Source of the DNA: a virus
Reading direction: 5' to 3' (one strand)
DNA: 64,000 bases
Virus record (IMG/VR): IMGVR_UViG_3300022602_002721
Location: 7,688 to 71,687 of that record
Under the pieces are notes generated by a model. It made no database searches, was not told the DNA's origin, and saw nothing but the letters and a program-made list of their open reading frames with translations. The position numbers and the translations under genes were made by a program. Within the stretch, counting starts at the first letter, position 1; each line of letters begins with the position of its first letter. Below are positions 44,073-54,603 of this stretch, piece by piece.

Positions 44073-45101
44073 TTAATACAATTGGAGTCCGGGACCCTTC
44101 CACACATCGTTGTATAAAGAGCCAACGTGATCCCCTGCACTAGCAGGACGATTGCCTGTAGGGCCACCAGTACCGCTTAGGCGATAAATGCCCTGACCTA
44201 CAAAGCTGATATGTACCCAATTTTGGATATAGGGTTTGCCGTTAGCTACAGCATCACGGTATTCTATTAGTATTTGATCGTAAGGTAAATTATCACGCAT
44301 CCATTGAGCACGTTGATAAGTTAATGGGCGGGCACGATCAGCAAATATAACATCTGCAGCCTGTCCATTACCGTGTTGTGCTTGTCCAGCCCCTTCACGG
44401 AATGTGTTTGTAACTCTAAAGTCAGGATACTGATCGCGAAGTGGATCTAGTACGTTTTGGGCTAGCAAAGATAAGTTACAAACGATTTCATCTATCCTCC
44501 AACCTTTGTTTGCTGTTGGGCGATGTCCATTAAACTGTATCAGCTGTCCATCTGTCCATTTTCGTAACAAATTATCTAGAGTGAAATATTTGCTGACACG
44601 CAGATCCAAAGGAAACGTAGACATGCTGTGTATCTGGCCACAGTTTTGTATAGCACCTTGTAGTGTAGAACCGGGTTTATTATCAACTGCGGTTGACTGT
44701 GCTGATTCTGTTCTTTGTACGATACCAGGATCTAGATGTCCTTTGGCTACTTGTTGTTTTAAGAATGTTATCGCTGTGCCGTGTGTTTTTGGATCAGCAC
44801 TTTCAAGTTCGTCATTTTGAACGATAATCACATCAGCATGAACATCAGCATTGCCAACGAATACATCTTGGCTAGCATGGCCAACCGCTTGTCCTCTAGC
44901 TGTTCTTGCACCTTCCATGGCCATACGTTTATTGTTTACATATACGTTAGTTTGGCTTGAAGTAATAACATCACCGTTTTTAAGAGTGCTTCCTTCAGTA
45001 GCTGATGGAAAGTTATCTAGGTAAACGTTTGTAGAGCCTGCACTGATTAATGCACCTGCTTTGTCTTTGTTTACTCTCGCGGCTGAATAATCTGCGGCCA
45101 T
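44073..45101 (-). CDS. PAAR-like spike-tip domain fused to a peptidase M15 (Zn) domain
   Basis: Three GS..V.(V/L)(N/D) repeats; SKYFTL, VLDPLR, QH.NGQAAD, WVHISF. Confidence 0.8.
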   Translation of the reverse strand: MAADYSAARVNKDKAGALISAGSTNVYLDNFPSATEGSTLKNGDVITSSQTNVYVNNKRMAMEGARTARGQAVGHASQDVFVGNADVHADVIIVQNDELESADPKTHGTAITFLKQQVAKGHLDPGIVQRTESAQSTAVDNKPGSTLQGAIQNCGQIHSMSTFPLDLRVSKYFTLDNLLRKWTDGQLIQFNGHRPTANKGWRIDEIVCNLSLLAQNVLDPLRDQYPDFRVTNTFREGAGQAQHGNGQAADVIFADRARPLTYQRAQWMRDNLPYDQILIEYRDAVANGKPYIQNWVHISFVGQGIYRLSGTGGPTGNRPASAGDHVGSLYNDVWKGPGLQLY

Positions 45102-45102
45102 A

Positions 45103-45777
45103 TTATTTCTCCGGAGTCGCTGTTTGCGAAGATGTTTTCTTTAACGCGGTATATACGCTCGATGGAAGGATCGCTTTTTCAATTACATCAACAGCATTAC
45201 TAAACCACGATGCTATAGTTTTGTATATAGAAGTGTCTGCGATCGCACTACCTGCGCCAGTTATCACTGAATTAATTGATCCTGTTATCGCACCTTCTAC
45301 TTTAGCTATACCGGAATGCAGAGTGCCTTCTGAAATAGCATTTCGTTGTTGTATAAATGTTGATGGTACTGTAGGTTTCTCATCACTTAGTGCTAGGGTA
45401 AATTCATTAGTCTTTACTGTAGTTGCGGTTTTCATTGCAAGCAGTTGATTGGTATATTGTATTGCTGATGTGTATGCTATTACAGCTACTTGAAGATCTT
45501 GACAGGCCTTGGTCAACATCTTAGCACGAACAGTAATACCAGCTGTAAAGTCAGTACAATTTGCGATGGTGTTATTAATTGCCCATAGAGAATTTGGCTT
45601 ACCTGGACCTCCACAAATTAATAAAGTATTTGCATTAATTTGGCCAACAATGGCTGTACTAGCTTTTGCAATCTGAGCAGCGATATCTGTTGTTACTGTA
45701 AACGTTTCAGGAAAGGGTTGACCAGTCCATCCAGGAGGTGGATTCCAAACAAAAGTCTGAATCTGGCCGTATGCCAT
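45103..45777 (-). CDS. Ala/Thr-rich helical protein, tandem paralogue, probably structural
   Basis: Shares NSL.AINN..AN, KTN.F, TS.YKTIA.W, ILP.SV.TAL.KTSSQTATP with 45779-46435. Confidence 0.8.
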   Translation of the reverse strand: MAYGQIQTFVWNPPPGWTGQPFPETFTVTTDIAAQIAKASTAIVGQINANTLLICGGPGKPNSLWAINNTIANCTDFTAGITVRAKMLTKACQDLQVAVIAYTSAIQYTNQLLAMKTATTVKTNEFTLALSDEKPTVPSTFIQQRNAISEGTLHSGIAKVEGAITGSINSVITGAGSAIADTSIYKTIASWFSNAVDVIEKAILPSSVYTALKKTSSQTATPEK

Positions 45778-45778
45778 G

Positions 45779-46435
45779 TTATTTGCTCGGAGTTGCTGTC
45801 TGAGAAGACGTTTTACCTAATGCTGTTTGCACACTAGGTGGTAAGATTGACACTACTGATTCTTTTGCTGTTTCTAACCAACCTGCAATAGTTTTGTATA
45901 CAGAAGTAGCAGCAATCATATCGCCAGTAGTTGCTGCAGTAGCGGCGACCTGCGTAGTGATCGCACCAGTTACAACCGCTGTTTCAGTTAAGGTAATGCT
46001 GTCTTTAACATTTTCTATAATTTGATCTTTTATAGGAGGTTCTACCGGAACTGGTTGTCCTGTACGTTCAAGAGCTTCTTTAGTTGCCTGTACTTGGAAG
46101 TTATTAGTTTTGATCTGGTTAGCTACCAAAGTAGCTTGCAAACTATTTTGTACAGCTAATGCCGAAGTCATTGCCATTAGTGAAGCGTCAAGATCTTTTA
46201 GTGCTTTTGAAAGAGATTTAGCAACGTCACTAGCATCGCCTGTATTACCTGTGATGTTTGCTAGAGAATTATTAATTGCGTACAGTGAATTCTGAATTTC
46301 AGGTCCACCAGTAATAGCTGTTGTTTGAGCGGCAAGAGCGGCGGTAATTGCAGTACTCATTGCGGTGATGGCCGCAGCTGCATCATCAGTTATTGTTGCG
46401 GTTCCTGGTCCTGTTAGTGTTACTTCACTTGGCAT
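45779..46435 (-). CDS. Ala/Thr-rich helical protein, tandem paralogue, probably structural
   Basis: Late motif TAAATA and AAGGAG RBS; paralogue of the downstream gene. Confidence 0.8.
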   Translation of the reverse strand: MPSEVTLTGPGTATITDDAAAAITAMSTAITAALAAQTTAITGGPEIQNSLYAINNSLANITGNTGDASDVAKSLSKALKDLDASLMAMTSALAVQNSLQATLVANQIKTNNFQVQATKEALERTGQPVPVEPPIKDQIIENVKDSITLTETAVVTGAITTQVAATAATTGDMIAATSVYKTIAGWLETAKESVVSILPPSVQTALGKTSSQTATPSK

Positions 46436-46456
46436 AATAATTCTCCTTTATGCTAT

Positions 46457-46753
46457 TTAAGCTGAGGCAAGAGCTATACCGCTAGTTTGAGAAAGATAGC
46501 TATCGCTCATTTCTTTAATAGTATTAGCAATTACCATAACTTTATCTTTCGGTAGTTTGATAGGTTTTGAATCACTAACAGTAAACAACCATGGTTGCAT
46601 CACTAGACCTTTAGCACTTACAGCTAAAGTTAGGGGTCTATCTAAACTGTAATGTGTATCAGTTTCTGCAACTAGTTTTCCAATTAGTTCTTCGCTGGTC
46701 AGTAGTTTTAAAGTAACTACATCACCAATATCTGGGCCTTTTTCAATTAACAT
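46457..46753 (-). CDS. hypothetical protein, Sm-like fold possible
   Basis: GDVVTLKL..SEELIGKL...L.RP...PWLF. Confidence 0.65.
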   Translation of the reverse strand: MLIEKGPDIGDVVTLKLLTSEELIGKLVAETDTHYSLDRPLTLAVSAKGLVMQPWLFTVSDSKPIKLPKDKVMVIANTIKEMSDSYLSQTSGIALASA

Positions 46754-46764
46754 ATTTTTCCTTT

Positions 46765-47445
46765 TTATTTTACTAAATCATTTACCATTGGGAACACCGT
46801 AGCGATTACTTTAGCACAGGCCTTAGCAACTTCCTGGTGTTCTTTTTGGGTACCGTTCGCTGAACGTAATTCTATAAAGTGTACCCAAGAACGAAGTGTT
46901 CCGTTCATATAAATTCTGCTTTCAATTAAGCCTTCTGGTAGCACAGCACGAGCTTGCTCTTTTGCTATACCACGACTGATAGCCCACTCGTAGATTTCTC
47001 TTGATTTAGCAACGAGATCTCTTTGTAGGTTTTCCCACTGATATGCGATCTGGCGGTGCATGTCGTCTTCAAGGTCGAGGTCTCTTGAGTTTTGTCTGTT
47101 GGTTGTGTCTTGCAAGCGAGCTTCTCTTGTAACGAAGTTAAGATCTTTCGTTGGGTCAGCATAGCGTTGAGAAAATTCTTGGAAGCTAAAACTTCTGTGT
47201 CTAAGGATTTGTCTTGCGATATCTCTTGTTGTGGTAATTTCGATACAGGCTGAGACCATTTCAAGAGGTGACCAGTGCTGGTGCTTGATAAGGTACTTGA
47301 TAAGTTTTTCTGATGTTTCAGTGTTAAGTTGATTGCTTGGATTGGACACACGGGCGCAATACGCAATGAGTTCCTGTGCATCATCGATGCCCAAATTTGT
47401 AAATTCTTCTGTTGGTTGGCTGTAACTGAGTAATCGAACATTCAT
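46765..47445 (-). CDS. thyX: flavin-dependent thymidylate synthase
   Basis: HWSPLE, QILRHRSFSFQEFSQRY, KEQARAVLP, TQKEH. Confidence 0.96.
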   Translation of the reverse strand: MNVRLLSYSQPTEEFTNLGIDDAQELIAYCARVSNPSNQLNTETSEKLIKYLIKHQHWSPLEMVSACIEITTTRDIARQILRHRSFSFQEFSQRYADPTKDLNFVTREARLQDTTNRQNSRDLDLEDDMHRQIAYQWENLQRDLVAKSREIYEWAISRGIAKEQARAVLPEGLIESRIYMNGTLRSWVHFIELRSANGTQKEHQEVAKACAKVIATVFPMVNDLVK

Positions 47446-47446
47446 A

Positions 47447-47650
47447 TTATTTCTTTCTTAGGTGATTGGTTATTTGAGTTATTTCGGATTTGTGGCGAGC
47501 ATTTTCTCTTTCAAGATACTGCACCTTTTCTTTTAATTCAACATTTTGCGTGTTTAATCTGCCAAGCTCGTCTTCAAGCATTTTTAACTTTTGTGCAACA
47601 GCATCTGGCTTATTAACAACTACTGTGTCTTTATACTGATCCATCTTCAT
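47447..47650 (-). CDS. coiled-coil hypothetical protein
   Basis: Heptad pattern; operon context. Confidence 0.6.
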   Translation of the reverse strand: MKMDQYKDTVVVNKPDAVAQKLKMLEDELGRLNTQNVELKEKVQYLERENARHKSEITQITNHLRKK

Positions 47651-48107
47651 CCTTTGAAGGAAGCTCGCATAGGGCTTCTAAAGTTTTGTAGTGAGCGTAG
47701 GCTTTTTGTAGTGCTTCAAAATGTTCTAATTTCTTAGGATCAGGCACAAGTATAGCAAGACGCTTTTCCATGGTCTTCATCCAGTCAGCTAGACTTTTTC
47801 CCTGCACTTTGATATCACCATCAAATGTTGCATCACCTGTAACTTGTAGTGAAGGATGACTAGTATCCCAAGTGTTGTAACTTGAACCACCACTGCTTAT
47901 AGTAACATTACCGTAATTGTAATTACTGCCAAGTACGGTACTATAATAATTACTGGCTGTACTAGATATAGTGATATTGTTCATATCGATACTGTAGTCT
48001 TGGACAGCATAGCCACCGGCAGTTACATCAATAGTGTAAGGACCGCCACTGGCTGAGTAATCAAATTCACTTACTGGTAAGGTAACTTTTGAGTTCGGTA
48101 AATCCAC
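47631..48107 (-). CDS. hypothetical protein
   Basis: Ser/Thr-rich N-terminus; L.V.GDA.F.GDI...G.SL......EKRLAIL.P. Confidence 0.65.
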   Translation of the reverse strand: MDLPNSKVTLPVSEFDYSASGGPYTIDVTAGGYAVQDYSIDMNNITISSTASNYYSTVLGSNYNYGNVTISSGGSSYNTWDTSHPSLQVTGDATFDGDIKVQGKSLADWMKTMEKRLAILVPDPKKLEHFEALQKAYAHYKTLEALCELPSKDEDGSV

Positions 48108-48294
48108 CTATTAACTCCTCGTTTAAAAATATCTGAGGAACTGTACGTGCTGTTGGAACAGCTTCTAATAGATCCTCTTTGGTATATCCGTCACCAATTT
48201 TCTTTTCTTCAAATACGATACCTTTCTGCTTTAGCAAGGCTTTTGCCTGCTCGCAATAAGGACAATTATATTTGCTCCATACGACTGCTTTCAT
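48067..48294 (-). CDS. glutaredoxin
   Basis: CPYC, RTVPQIF, IGGFTEL; AAGGA RBS before MKAVVW. Confidence 0.95.
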   Translation of the reverse strand: MKAVVWSKYNCPYCEQAKALLKQKGIVFEEKKIGDGYTKEDLLEAVPTARTVPQIFLNEELIGGFTELKSYLTSK

Positions 48295-48304
48295 TTTTGT
48301 TTCC

Positions 48305-49405
48305 TTATAGATCTGGTAATTCTTCAAACGTTACAGCATCACTCATCACACCAATAACATAGTTGGTGCTTTCATTTTCTTGTAACGCAGTTTGTTTCTT
48401 GTTAATATTCACATGTTTATTAAACCATGGAATAGGACTAGACTTCGGATGCTCGCCGTGATACTTGATACCGATTTCTTTTAAGCGAGTAAATGCTGTG
48501 TAGTCTACAAAGTCTTTAAGAATAGTAGCATTAAGTCCAATAACTGGTCCTAGTTTGAATAGATATTCGGCCCATGCTTTTTCTTCTTCAATCACATCCA
48601 TGTACATTTGATACACTTCTGCTTCACACTCTTCTTTGGCTTTGATAAAACGCTCATCATCTTTGACCACGTTATTGATTAGCCAAGCAGTCCACTCAGT
48701 GTGTAGTAGTTCATCCTGTAGGATCAAACTAATAATATTCCCATTCCCAATGTAAATTTTATTCTCAACCATTGCTAGGCTAGTGGCAAATGATACCATA
48801 AAGCGAAGTGCTTCTAATGCGTAACTTGCGTGGAGTGCTAGGTAGATAGCCTTAATATGATCGTGTTCGCTAACTTCGCTATTACATTCTTTCTTACAAT
48901 TTAATTGATGTAGGTCCTCGTAGTACTTGCCTATGTTAGCAGCCATTTCTACGATTTCTTTGGTGTCGTGGATCTTGTTAAACTCTTCCTTAGGCACACC
49001 GTAGACATTACGAATAATGTGTGAATAGCTCTTGCTGTGAATATTGGTTTCAAAGAAACTCCAGTTGCTGACTAGGGCTTCGAGCTCTGGAATTGAGATT
49101 ACAGGACTAAACACTTGATTAGGAGCGCGACCTTGGATACTGTCTAGTGCTGTTTGACGCAACAGATTACTAGTGAAGATGTGTTTAACAGCATCGCTAG
49201 CATCCTTATGATCCATCTTATCTTTAGTCAAACTAATTTCTTCTGGAACCCAAAAGAAGCCACGAGCCAGTTCTTCAAACTTAGCGATCTTAGGATATTT
49301 TACTTCTTCAAACCGTTGTACTGTAACTGGACCTTCTGGATCCAAGAACATCTTTCTTTTAAGGTAGTTAGTCTGACGACTAATGTCGTATTGTGCTTTG
49401 CTCAT
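48305..49405 (-). CDS. nrdB: class Ia ribonucleotide reductase beta subunit
   Basis: FFWVPEEI, LDSIQGR, ETNIHSKSY (radical Tyr), LEALRF.VSF, DELLH. Confidence 0.96.
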   Translation of the reverse strand: MSKAQYDISRQTNYLKRKMFLDPEGPVTVQRFEEVKYPKIAKFEELARGFFWVPEEISLTKDKMDHKDASDAVKHIFTSNLLRQTALDSIQGRAPNQVFSPVISIPELEALVSNWSFFETNIHSKSYSHIIRNVYGVPKEEFNKIHDTKEIVEMAANIGKYYEDLHQLNCKKECNSEVSEHDHIKAIYLALHASYALEALRFMVSFATSLAMVENKIYIGNGNIISLILQDELLHTEWTAWLINNVVKDDERFIKAKEECEAEVYQMYMDVIEEEKAWAEYLFKLGPVIGLNATILKDFVDYTAFTRLKEIGIKYHGEHPKSSPIPWFNKHVNINKKQTALQENESTNYVIGVMSDAVTFEELPDL

Positions 49406-49417
49406 ATTGTTCTTATT

Positions 49418-51745
49418 TTAAAGTTTACAGGCTACGCAGTCTTCTTCGTCTGCGTATATAGTTATAGGTTCTCCATTAAGGATAGGCAAACTTTGAGTCG
49501 ATGTTACGCTGACTTTAGATCCTACCTTATTAATAAGGCTGTAATAGATGGTTTTCAATCCCCATTTGTAAGCCAACATTAAGTTTTTGGCAATTAACGT
49601 TCCTGGGATTTTACCACCATCAAAAAATGCTGGATTATAGAATGTATTAGTTGATAGACTTTGATCTATGTATGCGGCTAATACGGCCGCTGTTTTTAAA
49701 TATGCCGCACAATCTTGCTGTTCCCACATTAGTTGGTAACGATTTTTTAAACGGCGATATTCTGGTACAACCTGTACAAATGAACCTGCTTTAGATTCTT
49801 TGACACTGATCAGTTCCATTGGCATTTCAATACCGTTAGTACTGTTTAATACTACCGAACTAGATTCAACTGGAGCAACAGCCATTAGAGTAGCATTACG
49901 GATACCAAACTCTTTTAGTTTTGCTCTTAGTCCTTCCCAATCCATGCTAGGAGTAAAGTCAGTTAATTCATCTACACCTTTACTGCGGCGTTCCCAAGGA
50001 AACACTCCCTTACCGTAGTAAGTGTATTGGCTACGCTGACATGGGCCTCTTTCTTGGGCAAGTTCAACACTTGCTTCAGTAAGGAAGTATGCTTGATGTT
50101 CCATCCAACGCTTGACTTCTGCTAGAGCATCTGCATCACCGTATTTTAAACTACGTTTAGCATGCCAGTAGGCCAAGTTGGTAATGCCAACACCTAACGG
50201 TTCAAAATCTGTATTTGCCAGTTTGCTTTGAATACTTAAGAAATCTTGGTAGCCTAGTAAATTACTTAACGAGCGAACCAGTACACGACACGCTTTACGC
50301 ATCTGTTGTGGGTTATTAAATGCTCCCCAATTAATTGAACCCAGCGTACATAGGGCAATACGTCCCTCTGGATCTTCTATACGCTGGAAAGGCCTCGTGG
50401 GCAATAGGATTTCTTGGCACAAATTACTTTGGTAGATAGGATCTACAGTAGTATCAAACGGCCCTTGGTTAATAACATTATCAATGTTTACTAGATAGAT
50501 ACGGCCAGTGTCAGTACGTTCTTTAAGGATACCGTTTTTGAATATCTCATCTGCTGATAGCACTTTCTTTTTAATGTTCTTATCTTGCTCATACTGTGTG
50601 TATAGTCTTTCAAATTCTGCAGAGTCGCGATAGTACGCTTCGTATAAGTCTGGAACTTCGTGCGGATCAAATAGTGTGATGTTCTGATTGTTCTTATAAC
50701 GATTCCAAAACATCTTGTTAACAACTACTGAGTAATCCATTTGACGTACACGAGTTTCTTCAGTACCTTGATTGTTCTTTAGTACAATGAAGTCTTCAAA
50801 CTGTGCATGCCAGATAGGTAGTGTAACTGTGCATGACGCATTACGGATGCCACCTTGACTGCATGAACGTAAGTCAGCAAACCATTTTTTCAAGAATGGT
50901 AGTAAGCCTGTGTGTTTGATTTCGCCATTTCTAATTGGGGCGCCGAGTGGTCGTATACGGCCGATCTCTAATCCTATGCCAGCACGTTTGCTAGCATACT
51001 TGGCCATCATTTCTCCTGCGGCAAATATTGAGTCAAGAGTATCATCACTGGAAATGAGAACACAACTGGAAAACTGCTTTGTGGGAGTGCCAAGACCAGC
51101 GAGGACAGGTGTGGCAAGAGTGAAGTGCCCGTCACTTGCACATTCATAATATTCTTTAACATATTTTAATCTCTTATCTTTTGGTTCGCTATGGAAAGCG
51201 GTAGCGGCCGCAACAGCATAACGTACTTGCGGAGTTTCATAAATCTGCCCAGTGGCACGATTCTGTACTAGATATTTTTCTGCCAACTGTGCGATAGCCG
51301 CATAAGTGTATTCTTCGTCTTTGGCATGATCAAGGAATAGATCAATGATGTCCCATTCTTCTTTGGTATACCAATCTAATAGTTCTGGAGTGTACATACC
51401 AACTTCAACATTTCGCTTGACTATGTCATACAATGCAGGAGGGGTATACTGTCCGTAGACACTCTTACGAAGCATAGACACTTTCTGTCGTCCAGCAACG
51501 TATTGATAGTTTGTGTGATTTATTTCTGGATTTTCTGTTTCATCGATCAAGTCTACCATCGCCTTTAATAGTAGTTCATCGATTGTTTCGGTGGTCATGC
51601 CATCGTGTAATTCAATTTGTGCTTTGATCTCAATCATCGACGGGCTAACCCCATCAATGCCTTTGCAGTCAAACGCTACTTGTCTCTGTATCTTGCTAAT
51701 GTCTAGAGGAACTCTTTCCCCGTTACGCTTAACGACTGTAATCAT
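49418..51745 (-). CDS. nrdA: class Ia ribonucleotide reductase alpha subunit
   Basis: ATP cone VVKRNG, FSSCVL, CSQGGIR, SNLCQEI, C-terminal CVAC; no intein seen. Confidence 0.97.
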   Translation of the reverse strand: MITVVKRNGERVPLDISKIQRQVAFDCKGIDGVSPSMIEIKAQIELHDGMTTETIDELLLKAMVDLIDETENPEINHTNYQYVAGRQKVSMLRKSVYGQYTPPALYDIVKRNVEVGMYTPELLDWYTKEEWDIIDLFLDHAKDEEYTYAAIAQLAEKYLVQNRATGQIYETPQVRYAVAAATAFHSEPKDKRLKYVKEYYECASDGHFTLATPVLAGLGTPTKQFSSCVLISSDDTLDSIFAAGEMMAKYASKRAGIGLEIGRIRPLGAPIRNGEIKHTGLLPFLKKWFADLRSCSQGGIRNASCTVTLPIWHAQFEDFIVLKNNQGTEETRVRQMDYSVVVNKMFWNRYKNNQNITLFDPHEVPDLYEAYYRDSAEFERLYTQYEQDKNIKKKVLSADEIFKNGILKERTDTGRIYLVNIDNVINQGPFDTTVDPIYQSNLCQEILLPTRPFQRIEDPEGRIALCTLGSINWGAFNNPQQMRKACRVLVRSLSNLLGYQDFLSIQSKLANTDFEPLGVGITNLAYWHAKRSLKYGDADALAEVKRWMEHQAYFLTEASVELAQERGPCQRSQYTYYGKGVFPWERRSKGVDELTDFTPSMDWEGLRAKLKEFGIRNATLMAVAPVESSSVVLNSTNGIEMPMELISVKESKAGSFVQVVPEYRRLKNRYQLMWEQQDCAAYLKTAAVLAAYIDQSLSTNTFYNPAFFDGGKIPGTLIAKNLMLAYKWGLKTIYYSLINKVGSKVSVTSTQSLPILNGEPITIYADEEDCVACKL

Positions 51746-51787
51746 TGTTCACCTGTATTTTCTTTTTATTATTGCTGGAGTTGATAT

Positions 51788-52222
51788 TTACCTTGGACGC
51801 TTTAACTCGACTAGATTTTCAAGTCTGTATAAACTAGGTACAGAATCAACTACAGTTGGGCGGTAGTCGTCAAAATTTAACACCCAAGTATTATCAATAT
51901 AGACTACATTGTACAGTCTATTTTGTTTACTGTCTACTAGAGTTTTGATTTCGACTAGGCTATTTTTATATCGCTCAGTTAGCAAGAGTGTGTAGCCCAT
52001 CATCACAGCCTTGGTAAAATCGTCATATTGGTTTTGGACTATGATTTCCCAAGGAGTTGGCCAGCTCGCTGGATAGAATGGGTCGACTGATTTATTAAAT
52101 GGAACGAACGGAACTTTAAACCAAAAGTCTACGCAGGTTTGTAAAGGTTCATTGCTTAGGTCAATAGCCTTACGCAATTCTGACCAGGCTGTTAACCGAT
52201 CGTCAGTATCAAGATCAAACAT
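51788..52222 (-). CDS. hypothetical protein
   Basis: WPTPWEII motif; follows the tail-fibre gene. Confidence 0.75.
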   Translation of the reverse strand: MFDLDTDDRLTAWSELRKAIDLSNEPLQTCVDFWFKVPFVPFNKSVDPFYPASWPTPWEIIVQNQYDDFTKAVMMGYTLLLTERYKNSLVEIKTLVDSKQNRLYNVVYIDNTWVLNFDDYRPTVVDSVPSLYRLENLVELKRPR

Positions 52223-52225
52223 CTT

Positions 52226-53839
52226 TTATACTTGTCTTATTGTGTATGTAAAACTCAAATTACCTTGGGTAGATTCGTAATTGTTTGCAAGTATTTTAAA
52301 TGCGTTTAGTCCTGTTAATACAGCCGTTGAGAAAACTACATTACCATCGTTTGGTCCGCTGTAGGTAAATGTATCTTTAATATTTGATGCTGTGCCAATT
52401 AGAGTTACTTCCAAGGTGCCCTTTCTAACTACACTTTCATATGGTTTAATCAATGTGTAGTCTAGTTCAATTATAATACTTGCTGCACCACCGGTATCAG
52501 CAAAAGTATAATTGTATATAGGATATGTTAACACACTATTAGTACCGTTGTAAACATCAACGGTTAAAGGTAAATTTGATGTTAGTGATAATGGACCGCT
52601 AACAGCAGGTTGGTAATAAGTTACTGTGTTTGCTACAGTTACAGCATTATCATAAGTGATACGTTCAAAGTAATCATTTTTACTGTAGCAACCTAATGCT
52701 TTAAAAGTAATAACATCGTATACTTGGCTGGCTTCGCCTAGGATTCCATTTCCGCCGTAACCTACTAGTGTATAGTAATTGTTATTGCTGACAATGTTAT
52801 TAAGCACGGCAGTAGTAGTACTCAATGAGCCTACTGACAATCCTTGCTGATTAATATTAACAAACGTATTTTCTGTAATCAATACATCGCGTGGACCGTA
52901 ATTAGTAGAAGTAGTTACTGTATTAATAAACGACATGCCGCGGTTTAGTGTATCAAAAAGATTATTATGGATAGTTACATCAATGATATCGTAGTTGCTG
53001 ACAATGGCTGTGTTTAGATTATAAAAACGGCAATCTTTAATTGTAATGTCTGATGATTTCAAAGCACCGATGCCGCGAATGTCAATAGCGTTTGCGGCAG
53101 TACTTGTGTTAGCTGAACTGATAAATTCTACATCATGGATAGAACTATGATTGACACAGTCCAAACGTAGCATAGTATCAGCACCTTGGGTAGGAGATTT
53201 GATAGTTAGTCCGCCTAATACGATATTAGACAATGTGTTGTTGTAAGCACCAACAAATGGAAATACATCTCTTACTAGATCTTTGCTGGCGATAAATGTT
53301 GTTTGGAACGCAGCCTGAGTTGAAGTGTTGCTAACGATTGTTTTATTTTTGCCGGCACCTCTAATAGTTGTATTAGGTGGCAAGTATAAGGTACCGTGGG
53401 TGATATATGTACCTTCAGAAAAATCTAATACCTTTGCGTTTCTTGAAGTCCAATCAATCGCTTGTTGGATTGAACCTGTATCATCTGTAACACCGTCACC
53501 TTTGGCGCCAAAATCACGCACACTAACAACATCATCTAATTTTGCTTGTAGACTACGCTGTATAGGATTATTAGGGTCAATGTAATTTGTTTGTGGAGGA
53601 CTTAGTTCGCTTTCGCCATATGTATAAATGGCTTTTGAAATTAGGAATAAGTTATCGTTTTCTGTAAGTATGCGTGTATTACCAACAGCAGGCGCACCTT
53701 CTGATACTGCTCCGTTACCAATGTATAATTCTTGTTGATCGATGCTCCAACCAAATTCTCCACTGGATAGTTGTGGGAAGGTTGTTTGTGCTGTTTGGCC
53801 CCTACGGACCTGCATTTTACTGATTTGAATAACCGCCAT
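52226..53839 (-). CDS. tail fibre/spike with pectate-lyase-like beta-helix
   Basis: QVRRG...L..GEFGW..D...LYIGNG N-terminal domain; VSVRDFGAKGDGVTDDT..IQ.AID. Confidence 0.85.
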   Translation of the reverse strand: MAVIQISKMQVRRGQTAQTTFPQLSSGEFGWSIDQQELYIGNGAVSEGAPAVGNTRILTENDNLFLISKAIYTYGESELSPPQTNYIDPNNPIQRSLQAKLDDVVSVRDFGAKGDGVTDDTGSIQQAIDWTSRNAKVLDFSEGTYITHGTLYLPPNTTIRGAGKNKTIVSNTSTQAAFQTTFIASKDLVRDVFPFVGAYNNTLSNIVLGGLTIKSPTQGADTMLRLDCVNHSSIHDVEFISSANTSTAANAIDIRGIGALKSSDITIKDCRFYNLNTAIVSNYDIIDVTIHNNLFDTLNRGMSFINTVTTSTNYGPRDVLITENTFVNINQQGLSVGSLSTTTAVLNNIVSNNNYYTLVGYGGNGILGEASQVYDVITFKALGCYSKNDYFERITYDNAVTVANTVTYYQPAVSGPLSLTSNLPLTVDVYNGTNSVLTYPIYNYTFADTGGAASIIIELDYTLIKPYESVVRKGTLEVTLIGTASNIKDTFTYSGPNDGNVVFSTAVLTGLNAFKILANNYESTQGNLSFTYTIRQV

Positions 53840-53892
53840 GAAAATATCCTCGTTGTACGGATATTTATCTTAATAAAGCAGTTGTTCGATCT

Positions 53893-54603
53893 CTACATTT
53901 TTGTAGTATAGTATTCTTCTACTTTAGATAGCCACATATCCTGATATTTGTTAAAATCAGCGGGCCAAAGATCAAATTGCTGATATACTAGATCCTTAGA
54001 ACACATGAAAATATGTCCTTCACGCATGTCTGTGCCATATACTTCATTATGTGCTAATATATAGGCAACTAACTGTAAGTAGTAATCTTCTACCCATTCT
54101 GCTTTCTTGGGCTTGTTTGTTTGCTTGTAGTCAGCGATACAGGGATTATCTTTATAAACAGCAACTAAGTCAGTAGTACCTGAATATAGTCCTGGAAAGT
54201 ACAAGCTCTGCTCCATCGCCCATACTTCGTTGATATCCTTTATACCGTTAGCAATAATAACGTCAGCCATTTGATGTGCTTGATCGTGTACTAGATTACC
54301 GCCCGGTTGGCGTGGTAGTCCTGCTAAGAATCGTTCAAGATTACCGTGCATACTAGTGCCGCGATTAGCAGCTTCTGTGGTAATTTGCTGTGCTTTAGCG
54401 TGTCCAACACGATCTCGCCATTCATTAATAGCTGTCATGTCTTTGGTAGCACTTAAGATTGTAGTAACGCTAGGTAGTGTTTCTCCATCTGGAGTTTGAT
54501 AAACACGTTTACGAGTTACTGGATCATTTACTTGTTTACAGTTTTTATACTGGAAACGTTCTACGAATGGTGGCGGTTCTATTGTTATTGTTGTAGTATC
54601 CAT
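53893..54603 (-). CDS. PD-(D/E)xK exonuclease (Cas4/AddB-like)
   Basis: PSVTTIL, RGTSMH, YSGTTD, IADYKQ, YYLQLVAY. Confidence 0.9.
   Translation of the reverse strand: MDTTTITIEPPPFVERFQYKNCKQVNDPVTRKRVYQTPDGETLPSVTTILSATKDMTAINEWRDRVGHAKAQQITTEAANRGTSMHGNLERFLAGLPRQPGGNLVHDQAHQMADVIIANGIKDINEVWAMEQSLYFPGLYSGTTDLVAVYKDNPCIADYKQTNKPKKAEWVEDYYLQLVAYILAHNEVYGTDMREGHIFMCSKDLVYQQFDLWPADFNKYQDMWLSKVEEYYTTKM

Noticed and set aside
43742-44167. ORF-track ORFs over the tmRNA region
   Set aside because: They lie antisense to or overlap the tmRNA, its promoter and the PAAR gene end, with no protein-like features.
48305-51745. Introns, inteins or homing endonucleases in nrdA/nrdB
   Set aside because: Both ORFs are continuous and of ordinary length.
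53893-54603. Cas4-like nuclease as sign of a CRISPR system
   Set aside because: No repeat-spacer array or other cas gene in the window; such exonucleases are common in large phages.
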